Below, one piece after another: positions 40,301 through 55,300 of a stretch of 64,000 nucleotides of DNA. A model generated the notes under the pieces. That model ran no database searches and had not been told where the DNA came from. It saw nothing but the letters and a program-made list of their open reading frames with translations. Positions within the stretch are counted from its first letter, which is position 1. Each line of letters begins with the position of its first letter. The translations under genes and the position numbers were made by a program. Origin of the DNA: Balanoglossus misakiensis (Eukaryota > Animalia > Hemichordata); the NCBI GenBank assembly GCA_040954595.2, contig CM082581.2, positions 2,224,699 through 2,288,698 of the forward strand, given 5' to 3'.

Positions 40301-43300
40301 ACCAGAAAGTTCATGTTGTACCTGGCTGGAACGATTTTGTAAAAGAAAGTCACGACTATGCCCGTTCCATGTTTTTTATTATGGGTTAATGGGGGTAAAC
40401 CTAAACAAGGCCCGCTTTTTGAAACCATGAAATCTTTCAGAGCTCGTTTTAAGTATGCTTTACGTGCTTGTAAAAAGTTTGAGAATCAAAATAGGGCTGA
40501 CAAGATGGCTGGCAATTTATGCTGCCACAAACAGAACGACTTCTGGAAGGAAGTCAGAAAGCAAACTAGCAGAAAAACGCCACTTTCTGACACTGTAGGT
40601 GGAGCGACTGGTGAGAGTGAAATTGCATTATGTGGCACAAGAATTTCAGTGATATTTTGAATTCTGTCCAGGCTCAGACTGGTAAAAATGACATCGAGGG
40701 GAAAATGAAGTATGTTAACTTTTCTTCTGATATGTATGTTTCTGAAGACGAAGTAATTTCTGCTATACATAAGTTACCTGACGACAAGACAGCTGGCATT
40801 GACAATATTTCAGCTGAGCACCTCAAATTCTCAGACTCCTCTATTTTACCCATTTTGACTTGTTGTATTAATGCTATGATTGTTCATGGTTACCTGCCAA
40901 CTGAGGCTATAAAAGTTATTTTAGTTCCAATTATTAAGGATAAAACTAAGCTTTGTAGTGATGCCAGTAACTACCGGCCGATAGCACTAGCAACTGTTTT
41001 CTCTTAAGTTTTTGAGCATATTTTACTTTCTCGTTGTGAGGAGTTTCTTACCTCTCATTATTTACAATTTGGTTTCAAGCGAGAACATTCAACTGACCTG
41101 TGTTTATTTGCATTTAAAGAAATCATTAGCTACTACACCAGCAATGGAGGACCAGTGTTTACTTGTTTTCTGGATGCTTCAAAAGCTTTTGACAGAGTTA
41201 ATCACTTTAAACTGGTTAACAAGCTTATCGACAGGAATGTTCCCTTGTATGCTGTTCGAATTTTATATTACTGGTACAGAAATCAATTGTTTACTGTGTT
41301 GTGGGGTAATGAAACCTCAGAGTTGTTTTCTGTTTCTAACGGTGTAAGACAAGGGGGAGTACTCTCTCCCTATCTTTTTAATGTCTACATTGATGATCTT
41401 ATCAATGCACTCTGTAAAGCCAAAGTTGGCTGTACCATGTGTGGTGTCAGCGCTAACACTTCAGGTTACGCTGACGACATGACTCTACTCAGTCCAAGTG
41501 TTAAGGGTCTACGCCGTCTTCTTAGAATTTGTGAAATTTATGGCAAGGATTATGATATCATTTATAATTCTAGTAAAACTGTGTGCATGCTTTTTAATGG
41601 GAAGAATATGAGCGTTCAAAGAATTCCTTCGGTTAAACTTAATGACATCACTTTGAAGTTTGTACCTGAACACACCTATCTGGGCCATGTAATATCTTGT
41701 GATGGTTGTGATAATGAAGATATTGAACGACAGAGAAGAGCATTTTGCGTTAGAGCAAACATGCTATTGAGACATTTTCAACATTGTAGTCAAGATGTGA
41801 AGAAAGTTTTATTTTTGGCATATTGTAGTAATATTTACTGTTGCAGTTTGTGGGCATCCTTTAAAGTTAAACCGATGAAAAAATTTAAAACTATGTACAA
41901 TAATGTTTGGAGAAGACTTCTCGGTCTTCCGCCATTTTGCAGTGCATCGGGTATGTTTGCTACAAACCATGTATTGTCACTTGGTGAAGTTTTTAGACGC
42001 AATATGTACAGTTTTAAGTGTAGACTCGAAAATTCTTCTAATGTTTTACTTGATGCGATCTGTTCATCAGATAGAGCGACTGACAGCATATTTTTCAAAC
42101 ATTGGCGAAAGCAATTGTATATCATGTAATTTTGCAGAGTTTTTTTTTTGTGTGTGTGTGTCTCAGTTTCAGATTTTCCAGAGTATTTTCATTAGTGTTT
42201 TTTTTTCTTCTCTCTTTTGAAATAAAGTCTGAAATAAAGTATTATTATTATTATTATTAAGGGTTAAATTTGTATGACACTAATCATGATCAAACAAAGA
42301 GTGCACTTAACGGTTGACACAAGCACACCCCCTGTCAACAAATTTTCCAGCGTTATTTCTGGTTTCTGTATTAGTACTTGCTTTTCACATCCCATGGTTT
42401 ATATGTTTAAGTCAATGATGCCCTCTATTTTTGATGAACCCTGGCATTGATAGGTTTTAAAGAATTTCTAGAAAACTTTCAGAACTCCTGTTGGTCTTTG
42501 GAAAGGTTTCATCAGTAATTGTTCTGTGATAAACATAATTGCAGTACTGTACTTTCTCCAAACTTTGCGAGAACATTTTCTTGTAGTATGACTTCATACT
42601 GTAAAACAGGTTCTTTTCGCGACAGGAAATTTTCGCGATATCAAAAGAAGCAACTGTTATGCATGGATTAATTTTGGCTTTCTCGTATTTCACTAACTGC
42701 ATTGTTATCTAAGAAAAAAACCATTTTATGCGACTTTTGTATTTTCACATTTTTGGGGGCTCTCGCATATTTCATGAAAATTTATTGCTCGCGAAATAAC
42801 CTGTTTTACAGTATCCTCCATGGATTTCTTAACCTACTGATCAAGTGGGGTAATGTCTTCAGCAACGATTTCTGTAATAAACTTACCTCCCCAAGGTAGT
42901 GAAGGTATCTCGTAGCTTTCTTTAGAAACTCTTCATCAATGAAACGATCCAACTCTTTCACTCTTTCTATATATGTTTTCCATTTGATGACCGGGAAACT
43001 GCTCACAATCCATTTGCTTCTTCCATCAAGTATCTTAGCACACAACTTTGGTATGTATTCTTCTCTCTGTAACATTAACACAGCGACATATACAAGGTTC
43101 ATGTCCAGACAGGGTAAAATTCAAAACATTTCATAGACACTATTTGCCAATAGTAAACACAGAGCATTAATCCTTTAAGTCGCCTTGTGTACACACACAC
43201 AAACAATGGGTTGCGGAGAGGTGTTAATCCTTACACTGGCTCAGGTCTGACCAAAGCCGTCTCAAATCTGAGACGTTTCAGGACCACTTAAACCATTCAC

Positions 43301-46300
43301 ACATGATAATTTACGCCAGTATTTCATCTGAGATGTTTCAAAAACGTCTTAAATCCCGGTGCGGAAAGTCCTGGGGTTCGGATTAACGTGTGTTTGTATA
43401 GTTGTTTATTTGGGAGTGGTCGTCGTGCATAATGACTGTGTAATTGCTCTCATGTACACAGAAAATAATTGAACACTTCACACTTCCACGCGATTGACAA
43501 CTGTTTGAATGGCGTGGTTATTGTTTCCCAGGGACGCTTCTGAAAAGCACTGAAACCAGATTTCTCCCAAAATCATCGTTGTTTCATAAGCTCGTGTACT
43601 TTTTCGTCGATAACTTTATGTTGTGTGTGTTTATAAAGCCAACTACTGTCGTTGTGTGGTGTAATTCTTTATGCTTGGACCTGTTTGGGCCGATTTTCAT
43701 AGAGCCAAGATCGTTGGTGTTGTCTGTTGTCAGTCAAACGGCATTAAGATTCGCCACTGATTTGGGGGGTCTTTTATACCCCGCACCGGGGTTTAACGAT
43801 GACCCCCATAATACTGTTGTTTGGTGAAATGAACATTCAGAAAAGCAACTCGAACAATACTGGCAACAGTGATATTCACCCTTTACAGACACAGCCCATT
43901 ATTTAAAGTCTTGTTCTCACTAAAAGTTTGGACACCGGTGTTATGCCAGTGTTTACTCTCTGCAAACACAGGGGATTAGCCCACAGAATCTCCTTGCGTC
44001 CACACACTAAACTTTTGGCCACTGTTTTGAAATAAACACTGTCTAAATGGCCATGTTTAGCAACACGGCAACTAACAAAATTGAGGATGTCGAGGACATT
44101 ACAGCAACATGTTGCAGTTTATATACCTGCATATACGTTCTAGACGACTTTGTGACAGTTTTGATAATGTTTAGAAGTAAATGAATGTTAATCCATAAAT
44201 GGAAAATGCCTCGGCTTTTTGGTGATCGAGAGAACCTTCTGAAAGTTGGTAGCAGACTGAAGTGTTGCAGACCTGGCAAACTGCGAATGGTTTGAAAACC
44301 ACTCGCATCCAGTGTGATTGACTTAACAATGGAAACTGACCAAAGCCAATGGGCTATACCTAATAAACATACCCAAAAGTCACTGCAGGGTGGCGCTTTT
44401 GAACGGTGTTTGTTTATCTTTGCGTTCTCACTGATTATTTGCGTCGGAGCGCTGGCCGAGCGCTGGCCCAGCACTGGCCCTGACCCACCACCCATCGCTG
44501 TCGCAAATTAACACCGGCCCAACACCGGTGTAAAGCGTTCTCACTTGTTTTTTTCCGTCGGTGTCAAATCTACACCGATGTAGCACCAGTGTAAACGTGC
44601 CAGTGAGAACGCCCTTTTAGACAGTTCTGATACCCGGTAAGTCAAAAGTATACAACCTTGACGTATTTCCCACTGATAAGAGTTCTGTTATTACCGTAGT
44701 TTGCCGGGTAAGAGCCCCGGGTGCTGGGCCAACAGATTAGCGAAAAAACAGGGGGGGGCTTTAGCCCGGATATGGCCTCGAGATTTATGCAAATGAGGGA
44801 TGGCCACCTCGACTTTTATGCAAATTTTTGAGTGGTTCATTCTCCGAGTCCAAGTCGGGATCTTCCAATGTTGGGTGTTTCGCGTCGAGGACGGACTGAA
44901 GCAGCTCCACGCGGCCGCTTTGGAAAGCTCCCCGGTGACCTCACACGCGGCAGCGCGTCCATCTACGTGATCGTTGAATTCGAGGCACGGTCCCGAGGGA
45001 CCTGTCTGAGGTCATGTTTTCTAGAGCGGCTAACTCAGCGTGGCCAGTCGGCCGCGGTGGGTACGATAATCAGCGCGAAAGTAAATCATCATACATTTTT
45101 TTTTTCACTTTTAGTGACTTTGGGGATGAAAATCCGCCCTTTTTGCATTGCACTTTATTAAATTTCCTAGAATTTAATGGATATTCGGCCGGGGGGGGGG
45201 GGGGGGGGGGGGGGGGCTTTAGACCGGATATGGCCTCGATCTACAAATGGGCCCTAAAACCAGGGGGGGGCGTTTGTCCGAGCAGGGGCTCTTTCCCGGC
45301 AAACTACGGTACTATCTGATAGTTGGCTTTCTTGGACTCTATGCATTACATGAGAGTATTAAGGTGATGTAAAGCATGCCTTTGTCAAATATGGCCCTAA
45401 TGAATTAACATGTTCAATCCAGTCACACATTGCAGAATATCTATAAAACCATACCTTTGCACTTCGTAGACATTCACGCAATCTGTGCATATCATTATGC
45501 TGCGACTTGTGACAATTCAGTATGAATGTCTCATCAAGAATATTCAGGTATTTGCCAAAGGTCTTCTGAGCTGTCTGGAGTATTTCCCTCATCACCAATT
45601 CAGCTATCAAGAAAAAAGTAATGATCTCTTGATAGATTTTTATTTACAAAGTATGGACATATACACAGAAGAGGCCACTTTGGTGCTGTTTTGTATTTTT
45701 TGAAAGCATCCGGTGAAATTCTACATCAATCACACTATCTGAATAGGTAAAATGTTGAATAGTAATGAGATCTCCTTTTGCATAGGTTCAGATGTAGTAT
45801 GGGTGTCCCTTTCGAACAGAACAGCCAAGAATCAGCAAAGGTAAAGACAGCGCCCAACACTACATCTGGTTTTAATCAGATTGAGTGTACTCCCACACCA
45901 GGCTCCCAATTGTGTGAATACCCTCGCTCTTGTCACCTTTTATCTAAACATGTACTGAACATACCTTCTTTCTTGTGTTCAGCTTTCAACAAATCAGCCT
46001 TGCTTCCAATCAATATCACTTTTGGTTTACTCCCACCCTCATCCATATCTTGTGGTATGATTGCCTTAAGGAATGCAAGCCATGATGTCACCTATTAAAG
46101 AAAGACATGAAGAAGAATATAAAGTCATCAATCATATTATATTCAATCAGTCCCTAAATCTGGATAAAAACAAAAAGAGATAAATGTTTCACAAATATAT
46201 ATACTGTGCCATTCATCTTTACTTTAATTTCATTCACAATATTGCACCACCTAATTCACTGATGCACTGCTTAGTAATAAAAAAAATATTGTAATATATG

Positions 46301-49300
46301 CACTGTGCCCTTTCTGAGTTTCATCTTTACCTTTATTCCATAATTGCCCAAAATATTAATATCACTTATCATCAGTAACAAAAAAACAACGACCCACCTC
46401 TTGTCTCTGCTGTTGCATAAGTTTTCTTGGTGTCCAAACTACATCCTGCTTGTCCTCAGCCATTTTGAAGACCAATAAAACCACTGCATTCTCGACTCTT
46501 AGGAACATATTATGTGTGACATAGTATTCTGTTTGTCCTGCAAAGTCCCACACACTGAACTTGCCAATCTTGGGTATGGATAATGTGGCTACATCTATGG
46601 CGGGTGTTGGTGTGTACTGCATGTTCCCTGGTAAAGGTGCTTTCTCTTCTGACCGTCGAGTCAATTTTGCTTGCACAAAGTTCTGCATTGTAATATATGA
46701 ACATAAGTGATGATTTTCTCACAATTTAGAGGTTGGAAACTTATAAACGGCAAGCGAGAGTATTTGATTCCGGATATAAGACCTCCCAGGTGAAACTTAG
46801 CATATTTGGCGGGAAATAATCACTGAGCGAGGCGAGGCGTTCTGTTCTATGTGTCCCATTTCGGTTATTTTTTAGTTATTCACTGTTCAGGGTTCAGGTC
46901 TTCTCGTTGAGGATATAAACCGCGACTCGGGCCAATCAGCAAGCTTGATTAATGCCAATCATATTGTAATAATATAAAATATTTGGAGAATTGGTTGGTC
47001 AACAAAATATGTACCCTGATTTCCACTGAAATGTAGTCTTCATGAAAACTTTAATATTTGCACAAATCCTTCACTCCTCAAAAACAGCAATAATTGGCAT
47101 TCATAATCAAAGATTTCTACACACCCGCTGCAATGATTCTTTGAGTGTAGTTTTGCCATTCCCACCGTATCCAGCTAACACAATCTTTGTAGTATTACGT
47201 TTGACACCAGGTTGTCACATGAGTGCTGTGAATTCTTTTTGGCGGGAAAACACCTGTCAGAATTTGAACAGATATGTTATGTGTTATATATATTGGGAAT
47301 TTTTACACTCAATTTACATGCCTTTCAATTAAACACCATGTCTTCAAAGAAGTCACATGACATTTTGCTTCAGAAAAGATATTGATAAAAACGCTAGTAT
47401 CAAAAAATATAATTTACATTGTTAACTACACTATTATGATGTGCTTATGATGTGGAAGCTATCATTAACACTATAGAAATAATGCATAGTTAAAGCCTCA
47501 TGAGCTGCCAAATTTAACATATTTTTTCCATAACTTCTATTTGCATAAGTTTGTCATCTCTTTGTGACGCACACCTCGATAGTTGTGTACTCTTTGTGTA
47601 TATTCAACATTGTTATTTTGCAAAATTTGAATTGAAGTCCGGACTAGAATTCATGAGTCAACAATAACAATGGTTGTTACAGAGACAGGCAATATACACA
47701 AGTTGAGTACTGGGCATATTAGCATGCAGTTTGGAGAAGAACATGAAATTGCATTTTGTACACAAAAGGAAAAAAATCTGGAAATAAAGCCAAAAGTTAT
47801 AGGTAATGTCCCTTTAATGCCTTCCTAGCTGGCACAATAGAATAAGTATGTAGTTAAAAATTTATATGACAGTCTGGTTTTATGTTTTCCATGTTATAAA
47901 TATAGAGATAAATTCAAATACACTAGTGATATGATATGTTTTCATAGCCATTTATTATCAACATTACGACGTACCTTATGATGGTTGATCAGGTCTCTTT
48001 TGTCATCTCTGTCATACACTGAGTTTATAACTGCCTGTATTTTCATTGATGAAAACAGAACATATATGATTGATTATATTATACCAGTATATTGATGGTG
48101 TAAATCACGCTATTTTATTGGTCGAGACACGACACGTGACTGTGATATATTAGCCATACACCACAGTCATATAGCATAGTCAAAGAAAATGCCTTTTTAA
48201 AATGTTTTATGCAAAGTTTCAATATACTGGCATAATATAATAGCAATAAAACACCCCCAGCCATGGTATACCACTCGATTTTGACCAGTTCACGACATAT
48301 ACGCACTCGATTTTGACCAGTTCACGACATATACGCAGGAGCGATAGCGAGTGCGTATATGTCGTGAACTGGTCAAAATCGAGTGGTATACCATGGCTGG
48401 GGGTGTTTTATTGCTTAAATGAACTAGCTGTAAAGTACAGGATTATGACAATTATACCACACCATGCATATTATGGACACTATTGTTAAATAATTTTGGT
48501 AAAAAATAAATGGATTTAAATATCCATGTGTCAGGTGTGAGTTGGCGGTAAGCTTTATAAAACTGGTCAATGAGCATCTTTTAGAACAACAGAAAGAGCC
48601 AATTGGTAAATAACTGAAATACAGCCAAATCTCACAGTCCAAATTGGCCAGTCAGAGTGACTTTCCTAAATTGGCCTTAATAGACAGGTGGCCTGTATAT
48701 ACAAGTCAATAATTGCCCATGTTAACTGCACAGGGACTGTAACAAAGTGGCCACTATATAGAGGTGGTCGGTAACTGACACAATTTCACTGTTTTATCAA
48801 AAGTGAGTAACCTTGCCCTTTTAAATCTAACTCAATACTTGCCTGATATACTTTCTCATTGTCAAAATGATATTCCACAAAGGCTCTTGCAATATTGGTG
48901 CCTGCACCCCGCCCAGCCTTCCTTCCTGCCTCTTGACAAGGAGTCACTACGTTCTGAAAATGGATCACAAATTTTCATAGATGAATACATGCATCAGATG
49001 ATTGAGGCACGCACACCTATAAGTCAAATTTTAGGTCCTCCCAAACACTGAGATAATTTGCTCTTGAGTTCATAAAAATGCAACTTTGAGCTACATATTT
49101 TACAAAATTTTCTTATGTGGGAGGGGGACACCCCCTCGCACACCCCTCCCCCTCCATTCTTCGCCACATATCATTTATTCGCTGGTTTGTCTAGTGTACC
49201 ACGGCAGACTTCTACCCACCCTACTCCCGATGTTTACTTTGAGTGGAGTGGCAAAATTAAAATTTGTCCTGCCTAACATTGAGTTAATTTGCTTTAGAGT

Positions 49301-52300
49301 TCATTCGAATGCAACTTTGAGCACCGTATTTTACAACATTTTCTTAAATTTTCTATTGTATTGACTTGTCATTTTATTTTGTTCATATATTTTTATTGCA
49401 ACGATATACTATTATATATACTTCAATTACTTTAAGAAATGTATAATTGAGGTGTGAGGAGCCTCATTCCCTTTATTGCATACAGTGTACATAGGATCAG
49501 CACGGCGAATGTTTTCAGCGGGGGGGGGGGTCATCATATTTTGGGTCTGTCAAAGGGGGGGGGTCATCATTTTTTGGTCCAGGGTGAAGGGGGGGTCGGC
49601 CTGATTTTGAAAATCGATGACCCAAACTTGCCCCCCCCCCCCAGCCGTAAAAACAGTCCCTAACGTGTATTCGATGCGAGCTGGAATTCAAATGAACGGT
49701 TACTCACGTTGGAACACCCATTCAAAATATGCAAATTAGGAAAAGACGCATATGCATTCTTTTCATCCCCAGAGACACACGCAGGAAATCAAGCAAGTGC
49801 GGCCACTAGCTGGAAGAGCTGAATTCAATGCATTGCCTTGTGATGTTCATGATACAGGGGGGTGATGATCAATGAATAGAACAACAATTGATTGATTAAC
49901 AAAGAAAGAAAGAAAGGAATGCAAATCGTTTCCACACCTGCCTGTATAACACCTGACCCGACAGAGTGAGCAGTTTTGATTCAAAGGACAATGACAAAAT
50001 TATATGACATATGCTGCAAAATGCAAAGGGGTCTCCTTTCTGTAAGTCATGAAGGAAGAGCATGAGAACAATGTCACAAAAATTGAAATGAAAAGTGTTT
50101 TCTTATACAAACAAACAAACAAACAAACAAACAAACAAACAAATAAATGAATAAATATATCCGCATTGATAGAATAAACCTGCAGAAGTCAGGTTGGTAT
50201 TTACCTTGTTTTGTATGTTAGCATCAGCTTTGTGTTCCAATAACAATCTGACAAGGCCTTCACCATCATCCCTCCTTGCTGCATCATGCAAAGGGGTGTC
50301 TCCTGTCTGTAAGTAATGAAGGAGGAGCATGAGAATAATGTCACAAAATTGAAATGTAATGTGAAATTTCCTTAAACAAAAAAAAACAACAAAAAAATCT
50401 TTCAATACTTTCAGAATTAACCTGCAGAAGTCAGGTTGGTATTTACCTTGTTTTGTATGGTCACATCAGCTTTGTGTTCCAATAACAATCTGACATGGCC
50501 TTCATCACCATCCCTTGCTGCATAATGCAAAGGAGTGTCTCCATCCTGTAAGTAATAAAGGAGGAGCATGATAATAATGTCACAAAAATTGAAATATAAT
50601 GTGAAATTTCCTTAAACAAAAAAAAACAAAAAAATATTTCAATACTTTCAGAATTAACCTGCAGAAGTCAGGTTGGTATTTACCTTGTTTTGTATGTTAG
50701 CATCAGCTTTGTGTTCCAATAACAATCTGACAAGGCCTTCACCACCATCCCTCCTTGCTGCATCATGCGAAGGAGTGTCTCTATCCTGTAAGTAATGAAG
50801 GAGGAGCATGAGAATAATGTCACAAAAATTGAAATCTAATGTGAAATTTCCTTAAACAAACAAACAAACAAATAAATGAATAAATATATCCGCAGTGATA
50901 GAATAAACCTGCTGAAGTCAGGTTGGTATTTACCTTGTTTTGTATGTTAGCATCAGCTTTGTGTTCCAATAACAATCTGACAAGGCCTTCACCACCATCC
51001 CTCCTTGCTGCATCATGCGAAGGAGTGTCTCCATCCTGTAAGTAATGAAGGAGGAGCATGAGAATAATGTCACAAAAATTGAAATCTAATGTGAAATTTC
51101 CTTAAACAAACAAACAAACAAACAAATAAATGAATAAATATATCCGCAGTGATAGAATAAACCTGCTGAAGTCAGGTTGGTATTTACCTTGTTTTGTATG
51201 TTAGCATCAGCTTTGTGTTCCAATAACAATCTGACAAGGCATTCACCACCAACCCTCCTTGCTGCATAATGCAAAGGAGTGTCTCCATCCTGTAAGTAAT
51301 GAAGGAGGAGCATGAGAATAATGTCACAAAAATTGAAATATTATGTGAAATTTCCATAAACAAACAAACAAACAAATAAATGAATAAATATATCCGCATT
51401 GATAGAATAAACCTGCAGAAGTCAGTTGGTATTTACCTTGTTTTGTATTGGCACATCAGCTTTGTGTTCCAATAACAATCTGACAAGGCCTTCACCACCA
51501 ACCCTCCTTGCTGCATAATGCAAAGGAGTGTCTCCATCCTGTAAGTAATAAACGAGGAGCATGAGAATAATGTCACAAAAATTGAAATATAATGTGAAAT
51601 TTCCTTAAACAAAAAAAAACAAAAAAATATTTCAATACTTTCAGAATTAACCTGCAGAAGTCAGGTTGGTATTTACCTTGTTTTGTATGTTAGCATCAGC
51701 TTTGTGTTCCAATAACAATCTGACAAGGCCTTCACCACCATCCCTCCTTGCTGCATCATGCGAAGGAGTGTCACCTTCCTGTAAGCAATGAAGGAGGAGC
51801 ATGAAAATAATGTCACAAAAATTGAAATCTAATGTGAAATCTCCTTAAACAAACAAACAAACAAATAAATGAATAAATATATCCGCATTGATAGAATAAA
51901 CCTACTGAAGTCAGGTTGGTATTTACCTTGTTTTGTATGTTAGCATCAGCTTTGTGTTCCAATAACAATCTGACAAGGCCTTCACCACCATCCCTCCTTG
52001 CTGCATCATGCGAAGGAGTGTCTCCATCCTATAAGTAATGAAGGAGGAGCATGAGAATAATGTCACAAAAGTTGAAATCTAATGTGAAATTTCCTTAAAC
52101 AAACAAACATACAAATAAATGAATAAATATATCCGCATTGATAGAATAAACCTGCTGAAGTCAGGTTGGTATTTACCTTGTTTTGTATGTTAGCATCAGC
52201 TTTGTGTTCCAATAACAATCTGACAATGCCTTTGCCAACCCTCCTTGCTGCATAATGCAAAGGAGTGTCTCCATCCTGTAAGTAATGAAGGAGGAGCATG

Positions 52301-55300
52301 AGAATAATGTCACAAAAATTTAAATATAATGTGAAATTTCCGTAAACGAACAAACAAACAAATAAATGAATAAATATATCCGCACTGATAGAATAAACCT
52401 GCAGCAGTCAGGTTGGTATTTACCTTGTTTTGTATGTAAACATCAGCTTTGTGTTCCAATAACAATCTGACATGGCCTTCATCACCATCCCTTGCTGCAT
52501 AATGCAAAGGAGTGTCTCCATCCTGTAAGTAATAAAGGAGGAGCATGAGAATAATGTCACAAAAATTGAAATATAATGTGAAATTTCCTTAAACAAAAAA
52601 AAAAAAAAAATATTTCAATACTTTCAGAATTAACCTGCAGAAGTCAGGTTGGTATTTACCTTGTTTTGTATGTTAGCATCAGCTTTGTGTTCCAATAACA
52701 ATCTGACAAGGCCTTCACCACCATCCCTCCTTGCTGCATCATGCGAAGGAGTGTCTCCATCCTGTAAGTAATGAAGGAGGAGCATGAGAATAATGTCACA
52801 AAAATTGAAATCTAATGTGAAATTTCCTGAAACAAACAAACAAACAAACAAATAAATGAATAAATATATCAGCAGTGATAGAATAAACCTGCTGAAGTCA
52901 GGTTGGTATTTACCTTGTTTTGTATGTTAGCATCAGCTTTGTGTTCCAATAACAATCTGACAAGGCATTCACCACCAACCCTCCTTGCTGCATAATGCAA
53001 AGGAGTGTCTCCATCCTGTAAGTAATGAAGGAGGAGCATGAGAATAATGTCACAAAAATTGAAATATTATGTGAAATTTCCATAAACAAACAAACAAACA
53101 AACAAATAAATGAATAAATATATCCGCATTGATAGAATAAACCTGCAGAAGTCAGGTTGGTATTTACCTTGTTTTGTATGGTCACATCAGCTTTGTGTTC
53201 CAATAACAATCTGACATGGCCTTCATCACCATCCCTTACTGCATAATGCAAAGGAGTGTGTCCATCCTGTAAGTAATGAAGGAGGAGCATGAGAATAATG
53301 TCACAAAAATTGAAATATAATGTGAAATTTCCTTAAACAAAAAAAAACAAAAAAATATTTCAATACTTTCAGAATTAACCTATAGAAGTCAGGTTGGTAT
53401 TTACCTTGTTTTGTATGTTACCATCAGCTTTGTGTTCCAATAACAATCTGACACGGCCTTCATCACGAAACCTTGCTGCATAATGCAAAAGGGTGTCTCC
53501 ATCCTGTAAGTAATGAAGGAGGAGCATGAGAATAATGTCACAAAAATAGAAATCTAATGTGAAATTTCCTTAAACAAACAAACAAATAAATGAATAAATA
53601 TATCCGCATTGATAGAATTAACCTGCAGAAGTCAGGTTGGTCATTACCTTGTTTTGTATGTTAGCATCAGCTTTGTGTTCCAATAACAATCTGACAAGGC
53701 CTTTGCCAACCCTCCTTGCTGCATAATGCAAAGGAGTGTCTCCATCCTGTAAGTAATGAAGGAGGAGCATGAGAATAATGTCACAAAAATTGAAATATTA
53801 TGTGAAATTTCCATAAACAAACAAACAAACAAATAAATGAATAAATATATCCGCATTGATAGAATAAACCTGCAGAAGTCAGGTTGGTATTTACCTTGTT
53901 TTGTATGGTCACATCAGCTTTGTGTTCCAATAACAATCTGACACGGCCTTCATCACCATCCCTTACTGCATAATGCAAAGGAGTGTCTCCATCCTGTAAG
54001 TAATGAAGTAGGAGCATGAAAATAATGTCACAAAAATTGAAATATAATGTGAAATTTCCTTAAACAAAAAAAAACAAAAAAATATTTCAATACTTTCAGA
54101 ATTAACCTATAGAAGTCAGGTTGGTATTTACCTTGTTTTGTATGTTAGCATCAGCTTTGTGTTCCAATAACAATCTGACACGGCCTTCATCACGAAACCT
54201 TGCTGCATAATGCAAAAGGGTGTCTCCATCCTGTAAGTAATGAAGGAGGAGCATGAGAATAATGTCACAAAAATTGAAATCTAATGTGAAATTTCCTTAA
54301 ACAAACAAACATACAAATAAATGAATAAATATATCCGCATTGATAGAATAAACCTGCTGAAGTCAGGTTGGTATTTACCTTGTTTTGTATGTTAGCATCA
54401 GCTTTGTGTTCCAATAACAATCTGACAAGGCCTTTGCCAACCCTCCTTGCTGCATAATGCAAAGGAGTGTCTCCATCCTGTAAGTAATGAAGGAGGAGCA
54501 TGAGAATAATGTCACAAAAATTGAAATATAATGTGAAATTTCCGTAAACGAACAAACAAACAAATAAATGAATAAATATATCCGCACTGATAGAATAAAC
54601 CTGCAGCAGTCAGGTTGGTATTTACCTTGTTTTGTATGTAAACATCAGCTTTGTGTTCCAATAACAATCTGACATGGCCTTCATCACCATCCCTTGCTGC
54701 ATAATGCAAAGGAGTGTCTCCATCCTGTAAGTAATAAAGGAGGAGCATGAGAATAATGTCACAAAAATTGAAATATAATGTGAAATTTCCTTAAACAAAA
54801 AAAAAACAAAAAAATATTTCAATACTTTCAGAATTAACCTGCAGAAGTCAGGTTGGTATTTACCTTGTTTTGTATGTTAGCATCAGCTTTGTGTTCCAAT
54901 AACAATCTGACAAGGCCTTCACCACCATCCCTCCTTGCTGCATCATGCGAAGGAGTGTCTCCTTCCTGTAAGTAATGAAGGAGGAGCATGAGAATAATGT
55001 CACAAAAATTGAAATCTAATGTGAAATTTCCTTAAACAAACAAACAAACAAATAAATGAATAAATATATCCGCAGTGATAGAATGAACCTGCTGAAGTCA
55101 GGTTGGTATTTACCTTGTTTTGTATGTTAGCATTAGCTTTGTGTTCCAATAACAATCTGACAAGGCATTCACCACCAACCCTCCTTGCTGCATAATGCAA
55201 AGGAGTGTCTCCATCCTGTAAGTAATGAAGGAGGAGCATGAGAATAATGTCACAAAAATTGAAATATTATGTGAAATTTCCATAAACAAACAAACAAACA

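Noticed and set aside
20085-44495. Duplicated ORFs 20085-20369 and 44043-44495 as a protein family
   Set aside because: They are chance ORFs within two copies of one MITE, with no recognisable domain.
37768-47217. Selenocysteine recoding of the two TGA codons
   Set aside because: The positions are not Cys-like or catalytic and I could not identify a SECIS element.
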